Of a stretch of 64,000 nt of DNA, positions 11,682-23,365 are shown one piece after another (within the stretch, counting starts at the first letter, position 1; each line of letters starts with the position of its first letter). The DNA is from Hormiphora californensis (lineage: Eukaryota > Animalia > Ctenophora). The stretch covers positions 2,108,001 to 2,172,000 of the forward strand of contig CM035356.1 of assembly GCA_020137815.1 (NCBI GenBank), written 5' to 3'. Both the position numbers and the translations under genes were made by a program. The notes under the pieces are model-generated. The model was not told the DNA's origin and searched no databases. It was given only the letters and a program-made list of their open reading frames with translations.

Positions 11682-13105
11682 CGATGAGAGACATGGAGAG
11701 CTAGATTAACGGAGAGAGAGGGTGTTGTAGTGTTTCTATATGATGACAGGTCTAAAACTCCTTCCTATGACTCTCTCTCATCTCTTTGGATTTGTGCATG
11801 AGTATCTCCCTTTCTCCCACTATCTATAGCTCTCGTTCTCTCTATCAGTATCTGCAGAAGCTATCTTTCTATCTGTATAGCTCTCTCCCTCGATCTCTGG
11901 CACTGTCAGTTGTTTATATTGTTCGATGTTCATGTACTTGTACAACTCGTTTTCAGAGAAATTGTTCGTACCACTACCAGTTGTTGAGTGGAGACTCTCC
12001 ACTCTCCACTGGAGAGCCCTTGGCTGAATAAACCAGCGCTCAATGAGTCCAAATGTTAATTGTACATTGTTTATCTGCGTTGTTCTTCTGTAGTTCCCCT
12101 CTCTCCCTCCTAGCGCAGTATTTCTGAGACTGTGACTGTCATGGGGAGGCACGTCCGGGGCATCAGAGGTCATAGTTGTAGTGTATTCAACTACCCTGTT
12201 TAATAAACAGTGTTTATACTTGTTGAGTACACGTTTATACCCGATATCATATCGCGATCGGAGGACCCCCTACCGAGAATGCGGTCCACAAAATGTAATG
12301 GACACACAGCGGTGTTAGTTCTCAGCATGCATAGAAAGTTTCCATCCTAATGTTTTGCGGGTTTCTTGGAGAACAGAAGCAAGGTTTTCGAACTGTTTTT
12401 AGGATGCATCAACTTGATGATCAAGCATGCTGAAAACAGTGGCTCAGTGTTCGGGGTAATAAACACACACGGCTGTGTATGGAAAGTTTTGGTAACATAG
12501 ACACGCGCCAGGTGTCTATGTTACCAATGGAAAGTTGCCATGCTAGTTGCTACGCAGTTTATCCATTCGGCGTGTTGAGCTCATCTAATAGCTATGTTTC
12601 TCTTCTAGTTTTCTGTCTCCCCAAACAACAGTGTTAATTCTCCCTTGACCATGCAGTTCTATTCTGTCAGCATAAAATATGAGTGTTGTTTTATCACCTA
12701 CTTACTAGCAGTAGCTTACAACAATTATAAATGAGTATTGAACCCTACTCCACAGTCTTTTTGATCTGACTCCGTTCAACTATCCCCGGCACCCGCCGGC
12801 AGCAGCATTTTTATGTGTACACTCACATTGGCCATTGGGCAATTAGCTTGGGTGATGACACACGGAAAAGAGGATACCTGGGAGGGAGAGAGAAAGAGAG
12901 AGAAAGAAAGAACACGAGAGATCAAGAAAGAGAAAGAGGAAGCAAGCTAGAAAGAGAAAGAGAAAGAGGAAGCGTGAAAGAATGGGAGAGAAAGAGAATC
13001 AGAAGGCAAGAAAGATATCGAGAAAAGAGGGAAAGAAAGGTGAGCTGGTGAGAACTGCACTGCAGATATGACCGTGAAGAGAGAGAGTGAAAAGAGAGGG
13101 GGAGA

Positions 13106-13148
<43 letters not shown>

Positions 13149-13914
13149 GTATAATAGTTGTTCGAGGAAGTAAGCTAACTGCAAAGTTTCCGGCGGAGTA
13201 ATACCAATTTGCAATATAATTGTTTAGAGCACAGTAGTACACACTCCATGTGGCCATTTACCTCCTTTTACCTCCTTTGACTTTTAGCTATGGATGTGCT
13301 ATTCTGAGTTAACGGGTTAACCGTCGGTCCGTCGACGGCATGGAAATGTTTAGCACGAGGGCCCGTTGGGCAAACATTCATTTGCCGCAAACATCGCTCT
13401 ACCGTCGTCCAGACCGGGTTTTTCCAAGACGGCCGCTTGAGATAGATTCAACCGGGCTTGAAAAGTGCTTGAGACGGGCTGTGTTTTTACGAGTTTAGGT
13501 GGAATTTATTAGAAGAAGTTCAGAGTTGGACGAAATCAGACGGAACTTCTAAAACTAGAAATTCTGAAACCAAACATGTCTAAAGCACGTTTGCATCATG
13601 ATGGTCTGTCTCAATCCCGTTAAAAACACCGTCTAGACCACGTCTAGACGACGGTGGAACGACGTTTGCGGTAAATGAGTAATTACTGGCCTGTTGTAGA
13701 CACAGTGCAGGGGCGACCTCCCTATTATCATGATTATAATAGACCTCCCCTGTCGAGAGACGTTGATTCAGGGGCGGTTTAAATTAGCATTTGTCAATGT
13801 CTTGGCATTCAGTGTGCGTTTCATTGAATGCGAGACAGTGGACAGAGAAACTTGGTTGGTTAAAAAATGCTGGCCTCGCACGAATTGCTTCCCCTAGTGC
13901 TAATTGTTGTTTAA

Positions 13915-14149
<235 letters not shown>

Positions 14150-14344
14150 ATATATGCCCCTTTCACAGTTGACCAAATGTAATTTAAATTTATGAACACA
14201 AACCGCATTGGAGCTTTTCAATTTTTCTCTTTTTGCCGTTTTCGCCTTTTCTAAGAAATTGAAAGAACCGTTTTCTTTCATTTTTATTTGACTGCATTTT
14301 AAGACAATAACCGTTCACCCCAATAACAGCAGACAAAACTAAAG

Positions 14345-15305
14345 ATGGGTGAATGGGCACATAGTTTGACCGGATGTTTCGATGACTGTGGAACTTGTGA
14401 GTTAAATTATTAATGGTGCATTTATACTGTTTCTTACTCCAACAACTATATAACTCGCACGTCTATCCTATTGCTAAACATCTCAGCTAGATCTAGTTCA
14501 AATAATCAGTAAGACCCCACCATGGCATAAACCCCCTGTCAGGCCAATGCTCTGACAGCCCCCCATCCTCCTCAGGTGTTATCACAATGATTGCACCTTG
14601 TGTCACATACGGCCGAAATGGTGAAGCCTCCGGAGTGTTTGAGAGCTGCTTTTGGGCGGGAGTTTGTTTCTACGTCCCCCTTGTTAACTTGATCTGTTGG
14701 ATCAAGATCCGAGCTGCCATAAGGGAGAAGCACGGAATTGAGGTGAGAACTTTAAATCCTGGTGGAGTGGTCGCGACCCTAGTGGGAGAGCACCGAGTAC
14801 CGACCCTTGAAGTTGGGGAATCACCGACCGGTGATGGGACAGAATGGTACTCTCAATATTCAACTAACAATAACACTCTTTATCTCACAGGGTGGCTGCT
14901 TTGGTGACTTTATGACAATTATCTGCTGTGGAATTTGCGCCCTTGTTCAGGAGAATCAGGTAACTAATTATACAAGTTGTATCAATCAAAGAACCTCTCG
15001 TGGAGGGGTCGCCTCTTTTATGGGCAGAATGGTTCAAAAATACAATTTAGAGTTTGAAATTTCATACGATAAAATAAATAAATCTGATGTAAGTTAGCTA
15101 AAATTTCCAATAGTTACGAAAACGACTAAAAGTAAATTAAAATGTTACACGGAAACCTATCAAAATTAATCTAGTCAAAGTTAAACACATTTCACAAAGT
15201 ATTAATATTTGTCTGAAATAATAGGACTGCCTATTTTGCTAACACACATCCTCCCCTTTTCAGCAAGCTAAGGTGAGCCCTGGCGGAGAGATGCCCCGAG
15301 CTTAA
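14345..15305 (+). CDS. PLAC8/cornifelin-family Cys-rich protein, 109 aa. Exons 14345-14396, 14576-14742, 14891-14959, 15264-15305
   Basis: Spliced product MGEWAHSLTGCFDDCGTCVITMIAPCVTYGRN...IRAAIREKHGIEGGCFGDFMTIICCGICALVQE matches the PLAC8 domain pattern. Confidence 0.9.
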
Positions 15306-15696
15306 GCCTTAACCCCCTTCAAGAGTTAGCACGGTTAAATAATATGATGGTGGCATGGTAAATACATGCTGAGAGAGATAACATATGAAATTAGTTAGTC
15401 ATGATAAACAATGCGTGTACAACTATCTAGGGAGAGAGAGATAAATAGACGCTGGTACACTGTATTATATTTTCCTATTACTTGTATGGATTATTTTACT
15501 TCTACCCGTTTTCTGAGACACGTGTTTCTATTTTTATCTCATTCCGGTTACGAAAAAAACCCTATTTTGGTCCCTTCCCCGATCCGCATAAGCCAGATTG
15601 CCTCAAAAATATTCACAAAAACATCTACAATGTCTAAACTCCACAATGTTTGCCAAACATTGATTGGTGATTTCCGCAAAGTTTGTCTAATGTCTA

Positions 15697-18600
15697 TCAG
15701 CTGTGTCTCACTAAGTTTGGAGGTATCTCTCCAGAGGGACCGTGCTCGTGGACCTCTGGGCTGTACGTTAGCAGGATAACTACCACCCAGGTGTGCAGGA
15801 GAAACTGAAATGGGGGAGAGGGTTAGATATTGGGGGGGGGAGGATATGTGGGGATATGAAGACGATGGGGGGGATTATGAATTATGAAAAAGATGTATTG
15901 TGGCACTGACATGACAGATAGTTCGAACAGTCCAAAAAAAGATATGGTGGATAGCAGTACTCACCATGTAACAAATCACCATGAGCCGGGCAGTGGGATA
16001 GCGTCTAAGGAAGGTTCCCAGTCGGATACTAAACTTGTTGAGTGTTCCCATGGATCTGGCAGCTACTGCACTTCTTGAAGAAGTAACTGTACCTAGAGAG
16101 AAGGGTGATTGATAGGGCAGGATCGTGGCTAATTCATCATGTGCAAATTGTGCTCATGAAGTTCATGGATAAAGTCCAATTTTTTCCCTGCCCGGGTGAA
16201 TGCCGAAGGCATTCACCCGGATGCCTTTTTACTTTGTAAAAAGGCATAGCAGGGTTAGAATTCGAAAACGACATTTTGGTATACTAACTAATCGGTAGAG
16301 GGACCATTTTGGTCACACTTTCGTTGCGAGGGGCAACCTCGTGGCACGCACGATCTGACACTTGCGGAGTAAAATGCGCGCGTGCAAACAATTGAAATTT
16401 TATGAGGGGCGTGCGGCTATAAACTGTAACGCGCAGCAAAATTTGTTTTATATCGGCCGCGCGTTTTCATTGGGGAAAAATTTTCAATTTCTCCATTTTC
16501 CGAAAATGGAGAAATTGAAAAATCTGCGTTTTGTTCAAAAATTCGAAAAACACAAATCCCCATTTTGCGGACAGCTTACTCGTTGGGCGAGTTGAATGGC
16601 AAATCGAAGAGGGCAGGGAAACGTAGCATTATGGATACATAATGCAAATAATTCTTGTTTATTTAAGCGACAGGCCGCCGCGCATCAAAATGCAGCGCTT
16701 GAAATCGATTTCCGGTTCCTGATAAGCTAGCGACTTTTTCTTGGTACCATTGGAAAGATAAAATTTTTATCTTTCCAACGAACCAGGATCAAGTCTTCAT
16801 CTTATCAGGAACCGGAGATATGACCAATTAACTAATTGAGTGCGCGGCGGCCTGTCGCTTAAATAAAAAATTCGACTTTATACATGTGCTAATGTACACA
16901 AGTGTATGAAAATCATGTGCTCCGGGGTATTACCTTTAGCCAAATTGTTGTTAGGCATGGGTATGGTCACTGAGCTATTTGCTGCGGCACTTTTCCTCTC
17001 AGCACTCTGTAGGAGAGATTCAAGACCTTCCATTCGTACAACAAGGCTTCCCCGTTCTGAATTTAGTCTCTCCACTTCAGTCTGCTTCGCCAACAAAACC
17101 TAGCAATAGTGGTACGATATTAGTGGTACCAACTATCCGCTTGGACCCCTTCCTCTCTTGTTGAGTATTTACCAGTCCCTCTCAGAAGTTGAGTAGACCC
17201 CTATTATAACTACCCCCTCTATTAGTACAAGGTGGGCCACGGATTGTTGGTCATGGTTAGCGAGGTGGTGCGTCAAAACGATGATAGTTTTGAGAATAAA
17301 AATTATGGGAGCACTCTGGATCAATTCCTTGGTAACTTTTTCCATAATTTTTTGTCAAAAATTCGAAAATTCATTTTTCATTCCTTCATTCATTTCTCGT
17401 TCATTCATGATGTGAGCATCCTAATTTTCCATCATTATGCTATTCTTCGTTGGCTTGAATTTGTCTTTCCAATGAGCACCATAAAAATGAAATTGAAGCA
17501 CCAGGTCACACAGCAGTTGAGAAAATGTTCATGCATGATTTTGGCTCTTTTTGCGACTTTCAAACAGCTGTATCACGGCTACCTTTCGTTCAATCTTCTT
17601 AAAACTTTGGGAAAACATTGGATAAGCAAAGATCTTCACTCACAAGAAAAATCAAGGCCAAAGGTCAAAGTTCATTTTTCATTTTTGTTAGTTCATTCCG
17701 TTCATTCAGGAACCAACATCCCTAAAGTGATGAAAAGGTGTGGGTTTTATTTGGCTCATGTCCTGCAATGACAGAGAGGTGTAATAGCGTGTTTCAAGGC
17801 TATTTTGTGGGTGTCCATGTGATCATAATGATATCTGACACCTTTTCAGAGCCATAATTAAGGATTTTCTCAAATTCAAGCATGTAACTTGGTTTTTCTG
17901 CAATTAATACCGTGCAACAATGTTATGAGATCTCATAGCACCTCAAAAATGATTATTAGCTCAATGAAATAAGTTGATTTATGATTGAAAAGATTAAAAC
18001 CCATGTCAAATTGAACGAAACGAACAATTTTGATCATAAATCAACACATTTCATTGAGCTAATCATCATTTTTGAGTTGTTGTGAGATCTCATAACGTTG
18101 TTGCACGGTACTAATCGCAGAAAAACCAAGTTACATGCTTGAATTTGAGAAATGGCTCAGAAAAGGTGTCAGATATCATCATGATCACATGGACACCCAC
18201 AAAATAGCCTTGAAACACGCTATTACACCTCTCTGTCATTGCATGACATGAGCCAAACAAAACCCACACCTTTTCATCACTTTAGGGATGTTGGTTCCTG
18301 AATGAACGGAATGAACTAACAAAAATGAAAAATGAACTTTGACCTTTGGCCTTGATTTTTCTTGTGAGTGAAGATCTTTGCTTATCCAATGTTTTCCCAA
18401 AGTTTTAAGAAGATTGAACGAAAGGTAGCCGTGATACAGCTGTTTGAAAGTCGCAAAAAGAGCCAAAATCATGCATGAACATTTTCTCAACTGCTGTGTG
18501 ACCTGGTGTGTGTGTGTGTGTGGCTCTAGGTTATAGCGTACCAAACTCTGCCGCACGACAGAACGGTGTTGCAACCTGTCATAAAGTCTGTGGTCTGTAT

Positions 18601-21600
18601 GAAAGATAGTAGTTAAAATATCACGCTCAAAATTACACCAAAATCAAACAAAATTTCTCTGATATTCTAACTGTTTGTGGTCTGTATTCGGGCACTCTCA
18701 CGCAAGCTTTTTGTCCTGTCAGCTTCTGAGTCTGGAACAAGGTAACGTTTTGCCTTTGAGATAGTCTTGAGTTTGGTTTAGTCTGGATCAAGGTAACGTT
18801 TGGCCTTTGAGAGTGTCTTGAGTTTAGTTTTGTCTGGAACTAGGTAACGTTTTGCCTTTGAGAATGTCTTGAGTTTGGGTCTGGAATCCCGATGTTTACC
18901 GTGTTTTGAATAGTCAATTACATTCACAATATAAACTTTACACAATCTGTGAACAGACAATACGGACAGGTGAACTTACAGAATTTTGATGGATGATTGG
19001 TACCGTGATGTTGTTGATGATGAGATGAGAGGTGTATGCATTTCCAGTGGAGATGAAGATAAACAAAAACGATTAAACACAGATAAGGGGTAGGACTGAA
19101 TGTAGCACCAATAGACTGTAAAATGTTCTAGAATACTATGTAGCTGGGACAGATAAGAACATTAATTGTTAGTTGTTACACGCGATAAGCGACTTAGTGC
19201 ACCAAAACACAAGGATTGTCTCTGTAGTGTGGTGTATAGCAATGTCCGCTATATTGGGAGAGGTGGGTGGGGGAGGGCGGGTGGGGGTGGGGCGGTGGGT
19301 AATATTGGCCATGAATGTGGCTGTAATTTAGTGATGAGACTAGGCCAGGCCCGAGAGACAGTTCAGTGGTAACTGGGAGGTCATGTGTGCTGGAAATGGG
19401 TATTTGAGACGGATTTAAGTTGCATTTTAGTGAGGGGAAGAGCCCTTATTGGTGTCTGAGACAAGCAAAAGTGAAACGAACTGCAACGTAACGAACGAGT
19501 AATGAATAGAATTCTGCTCTGTGACTTGTTAGTGCTCCTTTATCAAACACGTAATGGCAAAGTACAAAGTTTCCCAAATTGAATTAAATGCGTAATTCCA
19601 AAGTTTTGGTCAATATTGGCCATGAATGTGGCTGTAATTTAGTGATGAGACTAGGCCAGGCCCGAGAGACAGTTCAGTGGTAACTGGGAGGTCATGTGTG
19701 CTGGAAATGGGTATTTGAGACGGATTTAAGTTGCATTTTAGTGAGGGGAAGAGCCCTTATTGGTGTCTGAGACAAGCAAAAGTGAAACGAACTGCAACGT
19801 AACGAACGAGTAATGAATAGAATTCTGCTCTGTGACTTGTTAGTGCTCCTTTATCAAACACGTAATGGCAAAGTACAAAGTTTCCCAAATTGAATTAAAT
19901 GCGTAATTCCAAAGTTTTGGTCAATATTGGCCATGAATGTGGCTGTAATTTAGTGATGAGACTAGGCCAGGCCCGAGAGACAGTTCAGTGGTAACTGGGA
20001 GGTCATGTGTGCTGGAAATGGGTATTTGAGACGGATTTAAGTTGCATTTTAGTGAGGGGAAGAGCCCTTATTGGTGTCTGAGACAAGCAAAAGTGAAACG
20101 AACTGCAACGTAACGAACGAGTAATCTGTGTGAATCATGCATGAACATTTTCTCAACTGCTGTGTGACCTGGTGCTTCAATTTCATTTTTATGGTGCTCA
20201 TTGGAAAGACAAATTCAAGCCAACGAAGAATAGCATAATGATGGAAAATTAGGATGCTCACATCATGAATGAACGAGAAATGAATGAAGGAATGAAAAAT
20301 GAATTTTCGAATTTTTGACAAAAAATTATGGAAAAAGTTACCAAGGAATTGATCCAGAGTGCTCCCATAATTTTTATTCTCACAACTATCATCGTTTTGA
20401 CGCACCACCTCGCTAACCATGACCAACAATCCGTGGCCCACCTTGTAGAGTCCTACCCGGTACCCCCCTCTATTAGTAGCTCCCTACTCCCCCAATTACC
20501 TCGGTAGACCCCTACTCCCCCAGGTACTTTGGTAGACCCCTACTCCCCCAGGTACCTCGGTTAGATCTTGTATCTTCTCCTCGAAATTCACTGTTCCTTC
20601 AGGGGCTACTGTTGAAGTTATTGTTTGTTTCGGAGTTCGTCTTGCAGTCATTAACTCTCTTTGTGTCACTACCAACTCCTGGTGATTGGGGACGGTGGGA
20701 GTTATGGGGAATACTGATAAGGGGAACCATTCGACCATATTCCTTCACAGTGTGTTATACACACGAAGGAATGAAGGATTAAATAGCCGGAAAACGTCGC
20801 GTACACTGATTGTAGCCACGAACCTCCTGTATGCTTGTAAGGGTAGTTTTAAGTTGTGAGATAGTTGTGTCCCTCATTGAGACATGTCTCCAGAGCAGTA
20901 GCACTCTTTGACATAGCTAACTCCATCTCCTCATCATGCTCTTGCTCCAATACCTCCATAGCACGCCTCAAGTGTTCCATCTCGTCAGTAACACTCCTGA
21001 AGCATTGTCATTGAGAAGGGCTTTACTTTACTCCAATGAAATCAAACCAAACCGTGCATTGTTTGACCCTCCCTCAAGGGTTTGAACATAAGTCAAAACA
21101 AATCGAACCTTAGTTGCAGTTGAAGATTGTTTCGTTCAAATGTTAACACTTCAATCTCCTCTCTCTGCAGCAGTGAGTCTTGTTCCGTTCCAGTCGATTG
21201 TCTCTCCTAGTGATAAGTGGCATATTAACATATAAAATGGTGCCAGTCCGATCAAACTGTGACTGAGAATATGAAAGATCTCCCATGACAGGTCCACTGT
21301 GACCCAAAAGGTTGCTTTTCGCCCAAACATGCTATGCGCGTCCCCCCGTGAGTGCTGAAAAATGCACTTTATTCAAAATGGATACTGCGCGCGCTCCTAC
21401 ACAGTCCACGCACAAGATTTCATGAGGGCACAACGTGGCTCCTGATCCTGCAGCTGTAAATACTCTCACACTAGGAGTCTTGAAGGACAGACTGATTCTC
21501 TTACCCCTCTAGTACCTGTAAAACCCTAGTTGCACGTTCCCTATACTCTGTCAGATCTTGTCTAGTCTGTTCCAGGTCCCGTTTTACTCTTCGCAGCTCG

Positions 21601-23163
21601 TCAGCCAGACTGAAGTAGTGGGGTAAAAGTTAATTGGGTCAATAGAAGCAGTGAACATAGAAAACTGATAACAACGCGAACGGTCAAGCTGCGAGAGTCA
21701 TGTACAGTTATACTAAAAAGTCCAAACCTGTTCTGCTTGGTGGTCTGAGAAGATGCTTTTCTCTCCGCTGAGTGCAAAGATTCAGACAAGACTGATATTT
21801 CTTCTTGCAACTTTTCCTCTCTTTCAAGCGATTTTCTCTGCAGAAAAGAATAAATTGCTGCACTGTCCTGCTACTGGTTTGTATGATACAAAGATGTAGC
21901 TAATAGTACAATACCTCTAGCTGGGTGATTTGGTTTTGAAGGCTGATTTTGTCCTGCTGTAATCCCCTCTCATCCTCTTTTAGCTGACTCAGCTCGTTAT
22001 TAAGTGCTACTACCTCAACAGAGTCCTCCTGCAACTTCTCAACCCTAACTTGAGATAGTTAGAAGAAAGTTAGAAGAAAGTTAGAAGATAGTTAGAAGCT
22101 GGACCTCAACTCGCCTGCCTGCTTTCTGGCGGCGTTTTGCTTCCCAGTGCGCTCAGATCGGGTTGGCGCTACCAGACAGCACGCCTGCGAAGGATGTGTA
22201 ACTTACTATTCTGTGCCGCAAGTCGTTCGTCTAGCTCTAACAGCCTTATTTTCAATACTTCTATTTGGGATTCCTTCACCTGAAATCACAAGACCTGATT
22301 ATAAATACACCATCCCGATAACTGGCATGATATATTGAGGGAAGTTTTGGCTAAGTGTTGACAAGAACATGCCTGGTTTTTACAGACAGAATTTATAATT
22401 TCTTGATTAATTTTTCTATCTAACATTTATTGATTTTGATTTCCAAACCCATTATTACCGCAACAAGTTCCCTCATATCCTTAGCAGACTCGACATGTGA
22501 GGAACACGATCTCTGTAATTGTGTTATTTCCTCTACTCGCTCCCTCAGTGCACCTCTTAGCTCTAGGTGAACCTCATCTTGCATCTTAACCTGGACCTGG
22601 GAGGGGCAGGGGTGTTTAGTTACAGGGGTTTACTAAAACTTTAACCCGGTTAGGAAGTGTTTAGTCTTAACATGGACCAATGGGGGCGGGGAGATGGTTA
22701 GGAAGGGCTGGGGGATGTTATCAAGTGATCATCTGGAACCTTGATTGGGGGACAGATTCTATATATTCACCTGTGATTGTCTGAGTTTCTCTGATACATG
22801 CTGTAACTCTTCAGTCAGCAAAGTGAGCTCCTGTCTCACCATATCACCCTGAACAACCACCATATCTCTCCCTCCCTCATCAGGGACCTCAGAGACCTCA
22901 TTGTCTTCTTGATCTGTGCTGCTCTCATCATCATCATCATCAGGTTCACTAGTTGGCTCTATGATCGGTGTTCTATCCTTCTCTTCACTTCCAGTATCAA
23001 CTTGTTCGAACTTTATACTCGATATGGAGTGGAAGATATTGCTGTCATCCCCCTCTTCTCCAAGTGTATCCTCTTGGTGGGTAGCTAGAGCTGGCTGTTC
23101 TACTTTGTCAAGGAACGCCTCCGCTTGCGTTGCCAGGTTGTTTAGTGACTTAACCCAAGACAT
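15697..23163 (-). CDS. GOLGA5: Golgin-84-like coiled-coil tail-anchored Golgi protein, ~578 aa. Exons 22771-23163, 22459-22596, 22207-22279, 21915-22048, 21728-21837, 21516-21609, 21109-21206, 20824-20996 (one extra base), 20556-20678, 16934-17099, 15965-16092, 15697-15804
   Basis: N-terminus MSW..LATQAEAFLDKVEQ; internal KESQIEVLKIRL and EYRERATRVLQ; C-terminal FSIRLGTFLRRYPTARLMVICYMFLLHTWVVVILLTYSPEVH is the GOLGA5 hallmark. Confidence 0.92.
16180..16659 (+). mobile_element. Helentron-associated (DINE-1/HINE-like) non-autonomous element
   Basis: 5' T-run, subterminal inverted repeats ttccctgccc (~16184) and gggcagggaa (16611-16620), 5' hairpin ccgggtgaatgcc-gaa-ggcattcacccgg, 3' stem-loop gcattatg-gata-cataatgc followed by ttcttgttt. 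Confidence 0.65.
16667..16858. mobile_element. Short TTAA-flanked MITE
   Basis: TIR gcgacaggccgccgcgca / tgcgcggcggcctgtcgc with TTAA on both sides. Its internal ccggttcctgataag...cttatcaggaaccggagatatg module is also seen at 20-131. Confidence 0.75.
18730..18885. repeat. 51-bp tandem repeat x3
   Basis: gtctgga.caaggtaacgttt.gcctttgaga..gtcttgagttt... starts at 18730, 18781 and 18832. Confidence 0.9.
19301..20125. repeat. 311-bp tandem repeat x2.6
   Basis: aatattggccatgaatgtggc recurs at 19301, 19612 and 19923; the copies are near-identical. Confidence 0.95.
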
Positions 23164-23297
23164 AGGACCTTTGAGGGGTTGTGAATTGTATTAACTGGTG
23201 TTAACTTATATTATGTTGGTGTGTTGTTCAAATTAATAACAGCAAATGAAAAGGCTATAAAAAATATCATAAACTTTTAGTTCAATATTTTGCACGT

Positions 23298-23303
23298 TTT
23301 ATT
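23298..23303 (-). terminator. AATAAA polyadenylation signal of the VWA7-like gene
   Basis: tttatt on the + strand, about 63 nt after the stop codon, followed by a T-rich tract on the sense strand. Confidence 0.6.
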
Positions 23304-23365
23304 TTATCACAAATCTCTCTTTTCCCGTATAAAATTGTTTCAATATAGAAATAGGGTGCTTCCAG

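Larger units (their letters stand above)
17228..20445. mobile_element. 3.2-kb composite non-autonomous Tc1/mariner-type element in a GOLGA5 intron
   Basis: TA|caaggtgggccac...gtggcccaccttg|TA, with ~310-bp TIRs (17228-17539 / 20133-20445), an internal ~1-kb palindrome (~17499-18507) and tandem arrays. No transposase found. Confidence 0.85.

Noticed and set aside
10472-12173. Possible minus-strand exons (10472-10711, 11820-12173)
   Set aside because: No recognisable homology and no consistent splice model; the 8-14 kb region is left unannotated.
17232-20441. Duplicated 112-179-aa ORFs on opposite strands (similarly 24704/25054 and 54875-56302)
   Set aside because: They are mirror images within TIRs, with no transposase motifs.
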